Made by a program: the position numbers and the translations under genes. This document shows positions 38,842 to 47,228 of a stretch of 64,000 nucleotides of DNA, in pieces. The DNA is from Frankiaceae bacterium. Lineage in GTDB: Bacteria; Actinomycetota; Actinomycetes; BP-191. The number at the start of each line of letters is the position of its first letter. Position 1 is the stretch's first letter. The notes below the pieces were generated by a model. The model had not been told where the DNA came from and made no database searches. It was given only the letters and a program-made list of their open reading frames with translations. Where the stretch lies: assembly GCA_035556555.1 (NCBI GenBank), contig DATMES010000059.1, positions 12,054-76,053 of the forward strand, written 5' to 3'.

Positions 38842-39456
38842 CTAGCCGGGCTTGACGCAGGAGCGGGCGCCGGCGACGTACGGCTTGCCGCCGGTCGCGC
38901 GGTCGGCCTCGCGCGAGTCGTGCGCGTACACCTGCGGGGTCGCGTACGCCCCGACCCACCGGAAGGCGAACGCCGTCAGGCCGGTGATCCGCGCGCCGCG
39001 GGTGAACCTCCCGTACGCCCGCAGCGCGTCGACGGGCACGGTGAGGTGGACGGCGTTGCCGGCGACGCGGGCGGTGGCGTAGCCGAGGTTGGTCTCGGTC
39101 TCGCCGGCGTCGTCGTAGAGCCCGTACTTCGCGACGCCGCCGGTGGGGGTCAGGACGTACCAGACGAACACCGCAAGCGTCCCGCCCTGCCCGCTGAACC
39201 GCACGAGGTACCGGTGCCCCGCGGGCGAGGTCGGGCCGAACACCGACGGCGACCCCGCGACCCGGACGACCGCGGTGATGCGCCGCGCGTCGGAGACGAC
39301 GTCGGCGCTGAGCACGTCGAGGGAGGGGGTGTCGGCCAGGGCCGTGTCGCCGCGCGCGTCGACCAGCAGCCGGCAGTACGGCTTCGTGGCCGCGCCGGCG
39401 GGCGAGGCGCCGAGCAGCGCCAGCAGCGCGGCAGCGCAGACGGAACGGACTCGCAT
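38842..39456 (-). CDS. Secreted hypothetical protein (204 aa)
   Basis: Signal peptide (MRVRSVCAAALLALLGASPAGAA). No recognisable catalytic motif. Confidence 0.55.
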   Translation of the reverse strand: MRVRSVCAAALLALLGASPAGAATKPYCRLLVDARGDTALADTPSLDVLSADVVSDARRITAVVRVAGSPSVFGPTSPAGHRYLVRFSGQGGTLAVFVWYVLTPTGGVAKYGLYDDAGETETNLGYATARVAGNAVHLTVPVDALRAYGRFTRGARITGLTAFAFRWVGAYATPQVYAHDSREADRATGGKPYVAGARSCVKPG

Positions 39457-39551
39457 CGCGGGGCTCCCACCGTCGGACGTACGTCCCCGCGACTTCCGCC
39501 CGGCGGCGCCCTGTCCTGCGCCCCTCGGCGCCGCACTCGCGCCAGTGGCGT

Positions 39552-40379
39552 CTAGACGCCGACGGCGACGCGTTCCGGGGCGCCCTGCGGCTGCGGGATG
39601 CGGCGCAGCTCGTAGATCACGAGGCCGGCGAGGTGCACGAGGAAGAGCACGAGGAACAGCAGGATCGACCAGTACGTCGGCGTGGCCAGCGAGCCGGTGT
39701 TGAGGACCAGGGTCATCGTCTTCGGCTTGATCTTGGCCTTGAGCTCCTTGGCCGGCTCGTTGTCGGTCGCGGTGACGTCGGCGGGCCCGAACGTCACGCG
39801 GGCGTACTTGTAGCGGCCCTCGTCACGCGCGAGGCGGGTCTCGGTGATCTTGATGACGTTGGGCACGGTGATGTCGGCGGCGCCGACGCCGAGCTCGACG
39901 GCGTACTCCTCGGAGATCCGCTCGGCCGCGGCGGACTCGGCGGAGGCCTTGTCGCCCGCGGCCGACGTCACGGAGTCGTCGATCGCGATGAACGCGTCGC
40001 GGCCGGGCCCCTCCTCGAACTCCTTGAACTCACTCTGCAGCGCCGCGGGTCCGTTGGGGGAGGCGACCTCCCAGCGTTGCTCGGCGCCCTGCGGGCCGTA
40101 GTACTTCGGCGTCGACCGCGGGATGCCGAGCGGCTCGAAGCCGGGCACGCCGAACAGCCAGATCAGCGACAGCACCAGCCACGAGCCCCAGAACGCGACG
40201 CCCGAGACGAGGTACGCCTGCTTCGGCCCGAACGACGACTGCAGCAGCATCCACACGCCGCCGCAGAGGATGAGGAACATCAGGACGGTGCCGAAGACCG
40301 CGCGCGGGCCCTTGGTCTTGACCTCCTCCTGCGCCAGCAGCACCACCGGGTTGGCGGTCAGGGCGTACACGTTGGGCAC
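39552..40379 (-). CDS. Membrane protein of unknown function, last gene of the b6f-type operon (2 N-terminal TM, a soluble Ala/Glu-rich domain, 1 C-terminal TM)
   Basis: Hydrophobic segments (VFGTVLMFLILCGGVWMLL; WSILLFLVLFLVHLAGLVI). Start placed at an in-frame GTG 17 nt after the cytochrome c stop. Confidence 0.5.
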   Translation of the reverse strand: MPNVYALTANPVVLLAQEEVKTKGPRAVFGTVLMFLILCGGVWMLLQSSFGPKQAYLVSGVAFWGSWLVLSLIWLFGVPGFEPLGIPRSTPKYYGPQGAEQRWEVASPNGPAALQSEFKEFEEGPGRDAFIAIDDSVTSAAGDKASAESAAAERISEEYAVELGVGAADITVPNVIKITETRLARDEGRYKYARVTFGPADVTATDNEPAKELKAKIKPKTMTLVLNTGSLATPTYWSILLFLVLFLVHLAGLVIYELRRIPQPQGAPERVAVGV

Positions 40380-40395
40380 GACGAGCCTTCCTAGG

Positions 40396-41085
40396 TCAGT
40401 GAGCGGCGGCGAACGCGATGAGGCGCGAGAACGGTCCCGGCTGGTTGCCCAGAGCAAGCTCCGCGGCGTCCTCCTCCGGCAGCCCCTCCTGGATCGAGAT
40501 GAGGAAGTTGACGACGTCCTCGATCTGCTGGTCGTTCATCGGGCCGCCGTAGCCCAGGCCCCACGTCGGCATCGGGGTGCCGGGCCGGCCCTGCGCGATG
40601 GTGTCGTAGACGAAGCGGTACGCGTCGCGGACCGACTTGTTCTGGTCGATCATCTGGCGCTTGAAGATCTCGTGGAGGTTGGGCACCGGGTAGTCGGTGG
40701 CCTCGGCGTCGGCGTTGGCCTTGTACTGCGGCACGACACCGCCGCCGGCGAACGTCCCGTGACAGCGCGCGCACCCGGCCTGGAAGCCGTGCGCCCCGGG
40801 CTCGGCCTGCGCGTAGATGAACGCCCCGCGCTCGATCGACTCCTCGCGCTGCTCGAGCGCGGCGTCGTTGGAGCGCTGGTTCTCGAAGAACACGAAGTAG
40901 ATCGGCAGGTACAGCGCCAGGAACACGACGAGCAGCGTGCCCCAGCCCTGCCAGCGCTCGAGGATGTTGGTCTCGAGCTCGTCGTCGGAGGGCGCGGGGC
41001 GGAAGCCGATGGGGATGGAGAGCGGCTTGCGGCGCCGGACGACGGCGCCCTTGGCACGCTCGCCGCGCGGGGTGATGTCGCTCAT
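40396..41085 (-). CDS. Membrane-anchored monoheme c-type cytochrome (single CxxCH: CARCH)
   Basis: N-terminal TM (WGTLLVVFLALYLPIYFVFF), one CARCH heme-binding motif and a candidate Met axial ligand region (GTPMPTW). Confidence 0.7.
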   Translation of the reverse strand: MSDITPRGERAKGAVVRRRKPLSIPIGFRPAPSDDELETNILERWQGWGTLLVVFLALYLPIYFVFFENQRSNDAALEQREESIERGAFIYAQAEPGAHGFQAGCARCHGTFAGGGVVPQYKANADAEATDYPVPNLHEIFKRQMIDQNKSVRDAYRFVYDTIAQGRPGTPMPTWGLGYGGPMNDQQIEDVVNFLISIQEGLPEEDAAELALGNQPGPFSRLIAFAAAH

Positions 41086-41122
41086 CGTGCTTCCGCTCTC
41101 TCCTTCTATCGGTCAGGCCTGG

Positions 41123-41683
41123 TCAGCCCGTGCAGTGAGCGCCTTCGGGGTTCTGGTTGATCGTGTCCGTGCCGCGCGGGGGGCCGTCCTTGGGGTCGGC
41201 CGTGTCGACGATGACGTTGCCGCCGTCGATGACGATCGGGAAGTGCTGCAGGCCGGTCGGCGCGGGGCCGAACTCGTACTCGCCGGCCTTGTTGTAGCGG
41301 GAGCCGTGGCACGGGCACTCGAACCAGCCGCTGGTCTCGCACTGCGGGACCTTGCAGCCGAGGTGCGCGCACTTCTGGTAGACGGCGAGGAAGCCCTCGG
41401 CGGCGACGCCCTTGTAGAACGCCTCCTGGCCGGCGACCGGCTTGTACGCGACGAGGTACGTGCGCGCCTCGGCGTAGTACTTCCAGCCGTGCGGGATGGC
41501 GGCGAGCTCGCCCTTCAGATCGTCGACCTTGCCGAGGTTGATCTTCGCGCCGAAGCCGCCGCGCAGGCTCGGCCAGAGCATGCCGAGGCTCGCGGCGGCG
41601 AAGCCGCCCAGCCCGACCGCGGAACCGCCGAGCATGCTCAGCCGGAAGAAGTCCCGGCGGGACATGCCCTTCTTCTTGGCCAT
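41123..41683 (-). CDS. Rieske [2Fe-2S] iron-sulfur protein with a Tat signal
   Basis: Twin-arginine motif SRRDFFRL. Rieske boxes CAHLGC and CPCHGS. Confidence 0.85.
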   Translation of the reverse strand: MAKKKGMSRRDFFRLSMLGGSAVGLGGFAAASLGMLWPSLRGGFGAKINLGKVDDLKGELAAIPHGWKYYAEARTYLVAYKPVAGQEAFYKGVAAEGFLAVYQKCAHLGCKVPQCETSGWFECPCHGSRYNKAGEYEFGPAPTGLQHFPIVIDGGNVIVDTADPKDGPPRGTDTINQNPEGAHCTG

Positions 41684-41695
41684 CGTTGCGCCGCC

Positions 41696-42577
41696 TTAGA
41701 ACTCGAAGTAGAGGCCCTTTTGCCACGGGAACACGAAGTTGTATCCGGGTCCGCGGAACAGGGAGCCGATGGTCGACAGGATGGCCGAGAACATCATGAA
41801 CCAGGTGAACAGCATGATCGCGAACTTGCGGTTGGCGGGCCGCATCGACGGGTTCTTGTCGAGGTACGGGAACGCCATGAGGATGCCGAGCCCGATGCCG
41901 GGGATGAGCACGCCCGCGATCATCGGGTGGTAGTACCTCAGCAGCTCCTGGAGGCCCAGGAAGTACCAGGGCGCCTTGGAGGGGTTCGGCGTGAGGTTGA
42001 CATTGGCGAGGTCGAGCAGCGGGGCGTCGACCAGCGTCGAGAACACCGTGAGGAACGCCAGGCAGGCCAGCACCGCGACGAACTCCTCGAGGAGCAGGTG
42101 CGGCCAGACGTTGACCTTGTCGTCCTGGGTGCGCTCGACGCGCTGGATGCCCTCCGGCGGGACCATCGCCAGCAGGCGGTGGGTCATCTCGCCGGACAGC
42201 CCGCGGCCGCCGCCGCCCTTGCCCGCCGTGGCCGCGGCGACGCGGGCCTGGCGCTCGGCGGGGGACAGCGGGGTGGCGCGGGTGAGCGTGCTCGTACCGC
42301 CGCCGGCGGCGGCAGGAGCGGCTGCGGCAGCGGCGGCCGGAGCCGGGGCGGCAGCGGCGGGTGCGTCGGCCGTCGCGGCTGCGGCGGCGGGGGGCGCGGC
42401 GGCGGCGGGCGCTGACGCGGCGGCGGCGGCCTGCTGGGCCGGCGACGGGATGCCGGCGGCCTTGCGGGCCTTCTTCACCGCGGCGGACTTCGCCTTGGCG
42501 CGCGCCATCCGCTCCGAGTCGCCCGCGGCGATGGCGGCCGCGTAGACCTCGGGATCCGGCGTGATCTCTTCGCTCAT
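41696..42577 (-). CDS. Cytochrome b6f subunit IV (PetD)-like protein with an ~130-aa Ala/Pro-rich N-terminal extension
   Basis: C-terminal half matches subunit IV / the C-terminal cytochrome b (PWYFLGLQELLRYYHPMIAGVLIPGIGLGILMAFPYL, three TM helices). The N-terminus is low-complexity Ala-rich. Confidence 0.8.
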   Translation of the reverse strand: MSEEITPDPEVYAAAIAAGDSERMARAKAKSAAVKKARKAAGIPSPAQQAAAAASAPAAAAPPAAAAATADAPAAAAPAPAAAAAAAPAAAGGGTSTLTRATPLSPAERQARVAAATAGKGGGGRGLSGEMTHRLLAMVPPEGIQRVERTQDDKVNVWPHLLLEEFVAVLACLAFLTVFSTLVDAPLLDLANVNLTPNPSKAPWYFLGLQELLRYYHPMIAGVLIPGIGLGILMAFPYLDKNPSMRPANRKFAIMLFTWFMMFSAILSTIGSLFRGPGYNFVFPWQKGLYFEF

Positions 42578-42587
42578 GTCGACTCCC

Positions 42588-43385
42588 TTACAGAGGCCCG
42601 GAGATCCCGCCGTCCTTGCGGATCCGCCAGAAGTGGACGGCCATGAAGATGACCGCCACGAACGGCAGCGCGAGGACGTGGAGGACGTACCAGCGGAGAA
42701 GCGTCGGAGGCCCGATCTCGACCCCGCCGAGGAGGACGAACCGCACCTCCTTGCCGAACACGGGGGTGTAGCCCATCATCTGCGTGCCGACGGCGACGGC
42801 CCAGATGGCCAGCTGGTCCCACGGCAGCAGGTAGCCGGTGAACGACAGCAGCAGCGTCAGCAGCAGCAGGATGACGCCGACGACCCAGTTGAACTCTCTC
42901 GGGGCCTTGTACGCGCCGTGGTAGAAGACGCGCGCCATGTGCAGGAACACCGTGAACACCATGGCGTGCGCGGACCACCGGTGCATGTTGCGTACGAGCT
43001 GGCCGAACGCGATGCCGGACGAGAGGTTCTGGATGTCCTTGTACGCGAGCTCCTGGCCGAAGCCGGCGGAGGGCCGGTAGAAGAACATCAGGTAGATGCC
43101 GGTGACCGTCAGCAGGATGAAGAGGAAGAACGACAGCCCGCCGAGGCAGTACGTGTAGGTGAGCTTGAGGCCGTGACGCTTCAGCTTCACCGGGTGCAGG
43201 TGGTAGAGGACGTTGTTCATCGTCGCGAGCGCGCGGTCGCGCGACGTGTCCCGGTAGCCGGGGCGGTAGATCGAGCCCGGGCGGAAGATCGACTTCCAGA
43301 CCGCGCCGTCGCGCGGGTCCTTGGGCTTGACCATCTCCTCGAGGTGCTGCCGCACCTCGGCCTTGCGCCCGTCCTTGTCGGCCAC
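42588..43385 (-). CDS. Cytochrome b6-type (split cytochrome b, N-terminal four-helix) subunit
   Basis: Unmistakable b6 signatures: CLGG...HRWSAH, FLHMARVFY, GYLLPWDQLAIWAV, RWYVLHVLALP, HFWRIRKDGGISGPL, with four His heme ligands. Start at a GTG preceded by AAGGAAGG (ORF 42588..43643). Confidence 0.85.
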   Translation of the reverse strand: MADKDGRKAEVRQHLEEMVKPKDPRDGAVWKSIFRPGSIYRPGYRDTSRDRALATMNNVLYHLHPVKLKRHGLKLTYTYCLGGLSFFLFILLTVTGIYLMFFYRPSAGFGQELAYKDIQNLSSGIAFGQLVRNMHRWSAHAMVFTVFLHMARVFYHGAYKAPREFNWVVGVILLLLTLLLSFTGYLLPWDQLAIWAVAVGTQMMGYTPVFGKEVRFVLLGGVEIGPPTLLRWYVLHVLALPFVAVIFMAVHFWRIRKDGGISGPL

Positions 43386-43402
43386 GTCGGGTCGTACCTT
43401 CC

Positions 43403-43756
43403 TTATCGCTTCGGGCGAGCGGCGGCTTCGCCGATCTTCGAGTAGAACAGGGCGCCCGGCGGGCAGCGGTCGACGCAGATGCCGCAGCGGGTGCACTCGT
43501 TGTCGTCGATGATGAAGATCGCGCCCGCCGTCTCCGACAGGGTCTTCAGCTCGCTGTTCTCGGCGCCGGCGACGATCTCCGGGGACATCATGTAGATGCA
43601 CTCCCACGGGCAGACGTCCTCGCACGCGCGGCAGAGGATGCACAGCTCCGGGGACAGCGCGATGTGGCGCTTCGGCTTGACCCGCTCCTGCAGCCAGTTG
43701 GGGTCGACGGTGCCGAGGACGTAGTCGTCGTAGATCTCGACGCGGTTGTCGGTCAT
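43403..43756 (-). CDS. Dicluster 2x[4Fe-4S] ferredoxin
   Basis: Two CxxCxxCxxxCP motifs (CILCRACEDVCP and CTRCGICVDRCP). Confidence 0.8.
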   Translation of the reverse strand: MTDNRVEIYDDYVLGTVDPNWLQERVKPKRHIALSPELCILCRACEDVCPWECIYMMSPEIVAGAENSELKTLSETAGAIFIIDDNECTRCGICVDRCPPGALFYSKIGEAAARPKR

Positions 43757-43765
43757 GTCGACGCC

Positions 43766-44080
43766 CTAACGGTAGCCACCGGCGTCGCGCTTCATCTCGT
43801 CAGCGTCGGCGTTGACCGGGTTCATGCGCTGGTAGAGAGCGAAGGCGACGAACGTGACCGGGGTGATGGCGCCGTAGTAACCGACGACGATGAGGTCGCG
43901 CAGGCGCGGGCCGAGACCGAGGATGCCGAACGTCTTGGGCGCGAGCACCCAGCTCCAGTCGTTGGACCAGGTCAGGAGCGCGCTGGGGACGGACGCGAAG
44001 AAGATCATGAACAGCACGGTGAAGATGAACGACCCGATGCTCGCGCGGAGCCATGCCGACCGCTGGAGCAGGTTGCCCAT
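43766..44080 (-). CDS. Small membrane protein (about 104 aa, 2-3 TM), first gene of the b6f-type operon
   Basis: MGNLLQRSAWLRASIGSFIFTVLFMIFFASVPSALL... Start at the internal Met of ORF 43766..44272. Confidence 0.4.
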   Translation of the reverse strand: MGNLLQRSAWLRASIGSFIFTVLFMIFFASVPSALLTWSNDWSWVLAPKTFGILGLGPRLRDLIVVGYYGAITPVTFVAFALYQRMNPVNADADEMKRDAGGYR

Positions 44081-44279
44081 GAGCGCCTTCCTCGTGTGGA
44101 TGAGCACGCCGGAGCGCGAGCCCCGGCCGCCAGCGATACTACGTCCCTGGGCAGAGCGCCCGCGAATCCATCCGCCGCCCGCGCGCCGCGCGTCGCGGCC
44201 CGCCCCGTGATCGCCCCCGACAGCCAGGAAGGCCGGCTCCCCGTGCCCCGCCCCGCCACCCCCGCGGCCCACCCCCGGC

Positions 44280-44392
44280 GGTTACTGGTGAGTAGCGGCG
44301 CGCCGTATGGGGGAACTGGTGAGCCACGACGTCGCTACTCACCAGTAACCGCGGGTCGGCGGCGGCTCGCGGGCCGGGTACTGCCGGGCGCG
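44280..44392 (+). repeat. Structured repeat, copy A: 18-bp perfect inverted arms (GGTTACTGGTGAGTAGCG / CGCTACTCACCAGTAACC) around a 35-bp spacer, plus a shared tail. Lies in the divergent promoter region between the b6f-type operon and resA, and overlaps the resA 5' end
   Basis: Seen directly. A second copy at ~48198-48292 has identical arms, the first 20 nt of the spacer inverted, and a shared tail (GCGGG...CTGCCGGGCGCG). The ACTGGTGAG motif occurs three times per copy. Confidence 0.7.
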
Positions 44393-44944
44393 GTGGCGGC
44401 GGTCGTGCTCGTGGCCGGGTGCACCGGCGGGGGGTCGGAGACCACGTCCGGTACGCAGCGTTTCGTCGCAGGGGACGGGGTCGTGCACTACGTCCCCGCG
44501 GCCAACCGCGAGCCCGGTCCCGACATCGCCGGCGAGACGCTCGACGGGGAACGGCTCGACGTCGGCACGCTGCGCGCGGGCGGCGTCGCGGTCGTCAACA
44601 TCTGGGGCTCCTGGTGCGCCCCCTGCAAGAAGGAGCAGGGCGCGCTGGAACGCGTCGCCCGCGCGACCCGTTCCCGAGGGGTGCGGTTCGTCGGCATCAA
44701 CATCCGGGACTCCTCGAAGACCGCGGCGAGGATGCACGTGACGAAGTACGACGTGACGTACCCCTCGCTCTACGACCCCTCGGCCCGGCTGCTGCCACGC
44801 TTCGAGATCGCGCCCAAGACGATCCCCAGCACGTACGTCATCGACCCCGGCGGGCGCATCGCGGCGTACGTCTACGGCCCCATCGAGGAGCAGCCGCTGA
44901 CCGACCTCGTGGACCGGGTGCTCGCGGAGGCGGGCCCGGCGTGA
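44393..44944 (+). CDS. resA: Thioredoxin-like thiol-disulfide oxidoreductase ResA/TlpA family (lipoprotein-type signal, WCxxC)
   Basis: VLVAGC lipobox-like signal. The WCAPCKKE thioredoxin motif. Conserved position before ccdA. The start is uncertain: no canonical start lies upstream of the n-region RRRLAGR because the repeat arm occupies it. Shown from the first in-frame GTG. Confidence 0.7.
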   Translation: MAAVVLVAGCTGGGSETTSGTQRFVAGDGVVHYVPAANREPGPDIAGETLDGERLDVGTLRAGGVAVVNIWGSWCAPCKKEQGALERVARATRSRGVRFVGINIRDSSKTAARMHVTKYDVTYPSLYDPSARLLPRFEIAPKTIPSTYVIDPGGRIAAYVYGPIEEQPLTDLVDRVLAEAGPA

Positions 44945-45708
44945 ACGGCATCCAGGACACCGTCCTCAACGGCTCGCTGCTCGCGGCGCTGCCGCTGGCG
45001 CTGCTGGCGGGGCTGGTGTCGTTCCTCTCGCCGTGCGTGCTGCCGCTGGTCCCCGGCTACCTCTCGTACATCACCGGCCTCACCGGCGCCGACCTCGCCG
45101 AGGAGGAGGCCGGCGGCCGCGCGAAGCGCCGGGCGATGATCGGCGCGCTGCTGTTCGTGGGCGGGTTCTCGGTCGTGTTCGTCAGCGCGGGGGCGGCGTT
45201 CGGGGCGGCGGGTTCGTTCTTCGCGGACTACGCCACCGTCATCACGCGCGTGCTGGGCGTCGTGACGATCGTGCTCGGGCTGGCGTTCATGGGGGCGATG
45301 CAGCGGATCCCGTTCTTCTCGCGGGAGTTCAAGGTCCACAAGCTGCCGGCGACGGGGCTGGCGGGGGCGCCGTTCCTCGGGGTGCTGTTCGGGATCGGCT
45401 GGACGCCGTGCGCCGGACCGACGCTGACCGCGGTCAACTCGCTCGCGTACTCCACCGGCACGGCGGGCCGCGGGGCGGTGCTGTCGCTGGCGTACTGCCT
45501 CGGTCTCGGGCTGCCGTTCATCCTCGCGGGGCTGGCGTTCGAGAAGTCGATGTCGATGTTCGCGGTCGTCAAGCGGCACTACGCGCTGGTGACGCGGATC
45601 GGCGGCGGGCTGCTCGTCGTCATCGGCCTGCTGCTCGTGACCGGCTTCTGGGACCGGATCGTGGCGTACATGCAGGTCTGGGTCGGCGGCTTCGAGACGG
45701 TCGTATGA
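44941..45708 (+). CDS. ccdA: Cytochrome c-type biogenesis thiol:disulfide interchange membrane protein CcdA
   Basis: DsbD-beta core with the two conserved Cys (FLSPCVLPLVPGY and GWTPCAGP). Confidence 0.85.
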   Translation: MNGIQDTVLNGSLLAALPLALLAGLVSFLSPCVLPLVPGYLSYITGLTGADLAEEEAGGRAKRRAMIGALLFVGGFSVVFVSAGAAFGAAGSFFADYATVITRVLGVVTIVLGLAFMGAMQRIPFFSREFKVHKLPATGLAGAPFLGVLFGIGWTPCAGPTLTAVNSLAYSTGTAGRGAVLSLAYCLGLGLPFILAGLAFEKSMSMFAVVKRHYALVTRIGGGLLVVIGLLLVTGFWDRIVAYMQVWVGGFETVV

Positions 45709-47228
45709 CGGCCACGCTCTCGACGTCGCCGGAGGAGCGCGAGGTCTCGCCTCGCCGCGTCCGGCCGCTCCGCCGCGCCTGGGGCCAGCTGACGTCGATG
45801 CGGACGGCGCTGCTGCTGCTGTTCCTGCTGGCGCTGGCCGCGGTGCCCGGCTCGCTGCTGCCGCAGCGCAACCTCGACCTGCTCGCGGTGCAGACGTACT
45901 ACGCCGAGCACCCCTCGCTCGCGCCGACGCTGGACCGGCTGTACCTGTTCGACGTGTACGCCTCGCCGTGGTTCATGGCGATCTACCTCGCGCTGATGAT
46001 CTCGCTGGTCGGCTGCCTCGCGCCGCGGATCCGGCTGCACGCGCGGGCACTCGTACGCCGTCCGCCCGCGCCGCCCGCGCACCTCTCGCGTCTCCCCGCC
46101 TACCGGTCCTGGGTGACGGACGCGGCGCCGGCCGAGGTGGAGGCGTCGGCCGCGAAGGCGCTGCGGCGCTGGCGGGTGCGCTCGTACGACGGCCGCGGCG
46201 TCGCCGCCGAGCGCGGCTACCTCCGCGAGACCGGCAACCTCCTCTTCCACGTGGCCCTGCTCACGCTGCTCGTCGGCATCGGGATCGGCGCGGCGTACGG
46301 CTACCAGGGCGCGGTGCTGGTGGTGGAGGGCGACACGTTCGTCAACACGCCCGCCGCCTACGACGAGCTCCGTCCAGGCCGGCTGAACTCGGTGGAGGAC
46401 CTGCCGCCGTTCGAGGTCACACTCGACGACTTCCGGGCGACCTATCTGGACAACGGGGCGCCGACGTCGTTCGCGGCGGATGTCCGGTGGCGCCCCTCGC
46501 CCGACGACGCGGTGCGGCCGCGGACGGTGAAGGTGAACGAGCCCCTCACCGTCGACGGCGCGCGCGTCTACCTGCTCGACCACGGCTACGCGCTGCACTT
46601 CACCGCCACGCTGCCCGACGGCACCGTGATCTACGACCAGTGGCAGCCGTTCCTCCCCGAGCGCGGCGACCCGAACCTCGCCTCCGACGGGGCGTTGAAG
46701 ATCACCGACCTGCCCGGCGGGCTGCCGGACATCGGGCTGCGGGGTCTGTTCACGCCGACGCTGGGGGTGCGGCAGGGGTTCGCGTACTCGCAGTTCCCCG
46801 CGGCGCACCTGCCGGCGTTCGCGTACGAGGTCTGGGCCGGCGACCTCGGCCTGTCGAGCGGCGTACCCCAGTCGGTCTACGACCTCGACACGTCGAAGAT
46901 GACGAAGACGAGCAACGGCATCGTCTTCGAGGGCCAGACCATCGAACGGCTGCCCGGCGGGGCCACGCTGACGTTCGACGGGGTGAAGGACTTCGCGGTC
47001 TTCCAGGTGACGGTGGACCCGGGCAAGTACCTCGTGCTCGGCTCGGCCGTCGCGGCGCTGACCGGTCTCGTGCTGTCGCTGCGGGTACGGCGGCGGCGGG
47101 TCTGGGTGCGGGCGACGCCGACCGAGGCCGGTACCCTCGTGGAGGTCGGCGGGCTGGCCCGGCAGGACCCCGAGGCGTTCGCGCCCGAGGTCGCCAGGCT
47201 CGCCGAACGAATGGGAGGACCACCCTGA
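45705..47228 (+). CDS. resB: Cytochrome c biogenesis protein ResB/CcsB
   Basis: ResB architecture: N-terminal TMs (MRTALLLLFLLALAAVPGSLLPQ), a large soluble domain and a C-terminal TM. Sits between ccdA and ccsA. Confidence 0.85.
   Translation: MTATLSTSPEEREVSPRRVRPLRRAWGQLTSMRTALLLLFLLALAAVPGSLLPQRNLDLLAVQTYYAEHPSLAPTLDRLYLFDVYASPWFMAIYLALMISLVGCLAPRIRLHARALVRRPPAPPAHLSRLPAYRSWVTDAAPAEVEASAAKALRRWRVRSYDGRGVAAERGYLRETGNLLFHVALLTLLVGIGIGAAYGYQGAVLVVEGDTFVNTPAAYDELRPGRLNSVEDLPPFEVTLDDFRATYLDNGAPTSFAADVRWRPSPDDAVRPRTVKVNEPLTVDGARVYLLDHGYALHFTATLPDGTVIYDQWQPFLPERGDPNLASDGALKITDLPGGLPDIGLRGLFTPTLGVRQGFAYSQFPAAHLPAFAYEVWAGDLGLSSGVPQSVYDLDTSKMTKTSNGIVFEGQTIERLPGGATLTFDGVKDFAVFQVTVDPGKYLVLGSAVAALTGLVLSLRVRRRRVWVRATPTEAGTLVEVGGLARQDPEAFAPEVARLAERMGGPP

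Noticed and set aside
44339-44737. 132-aa minus-strand ORF antisense to resA
   Set aside because: Overlaps the well-supported thioredoxin-like resA gene. No features.
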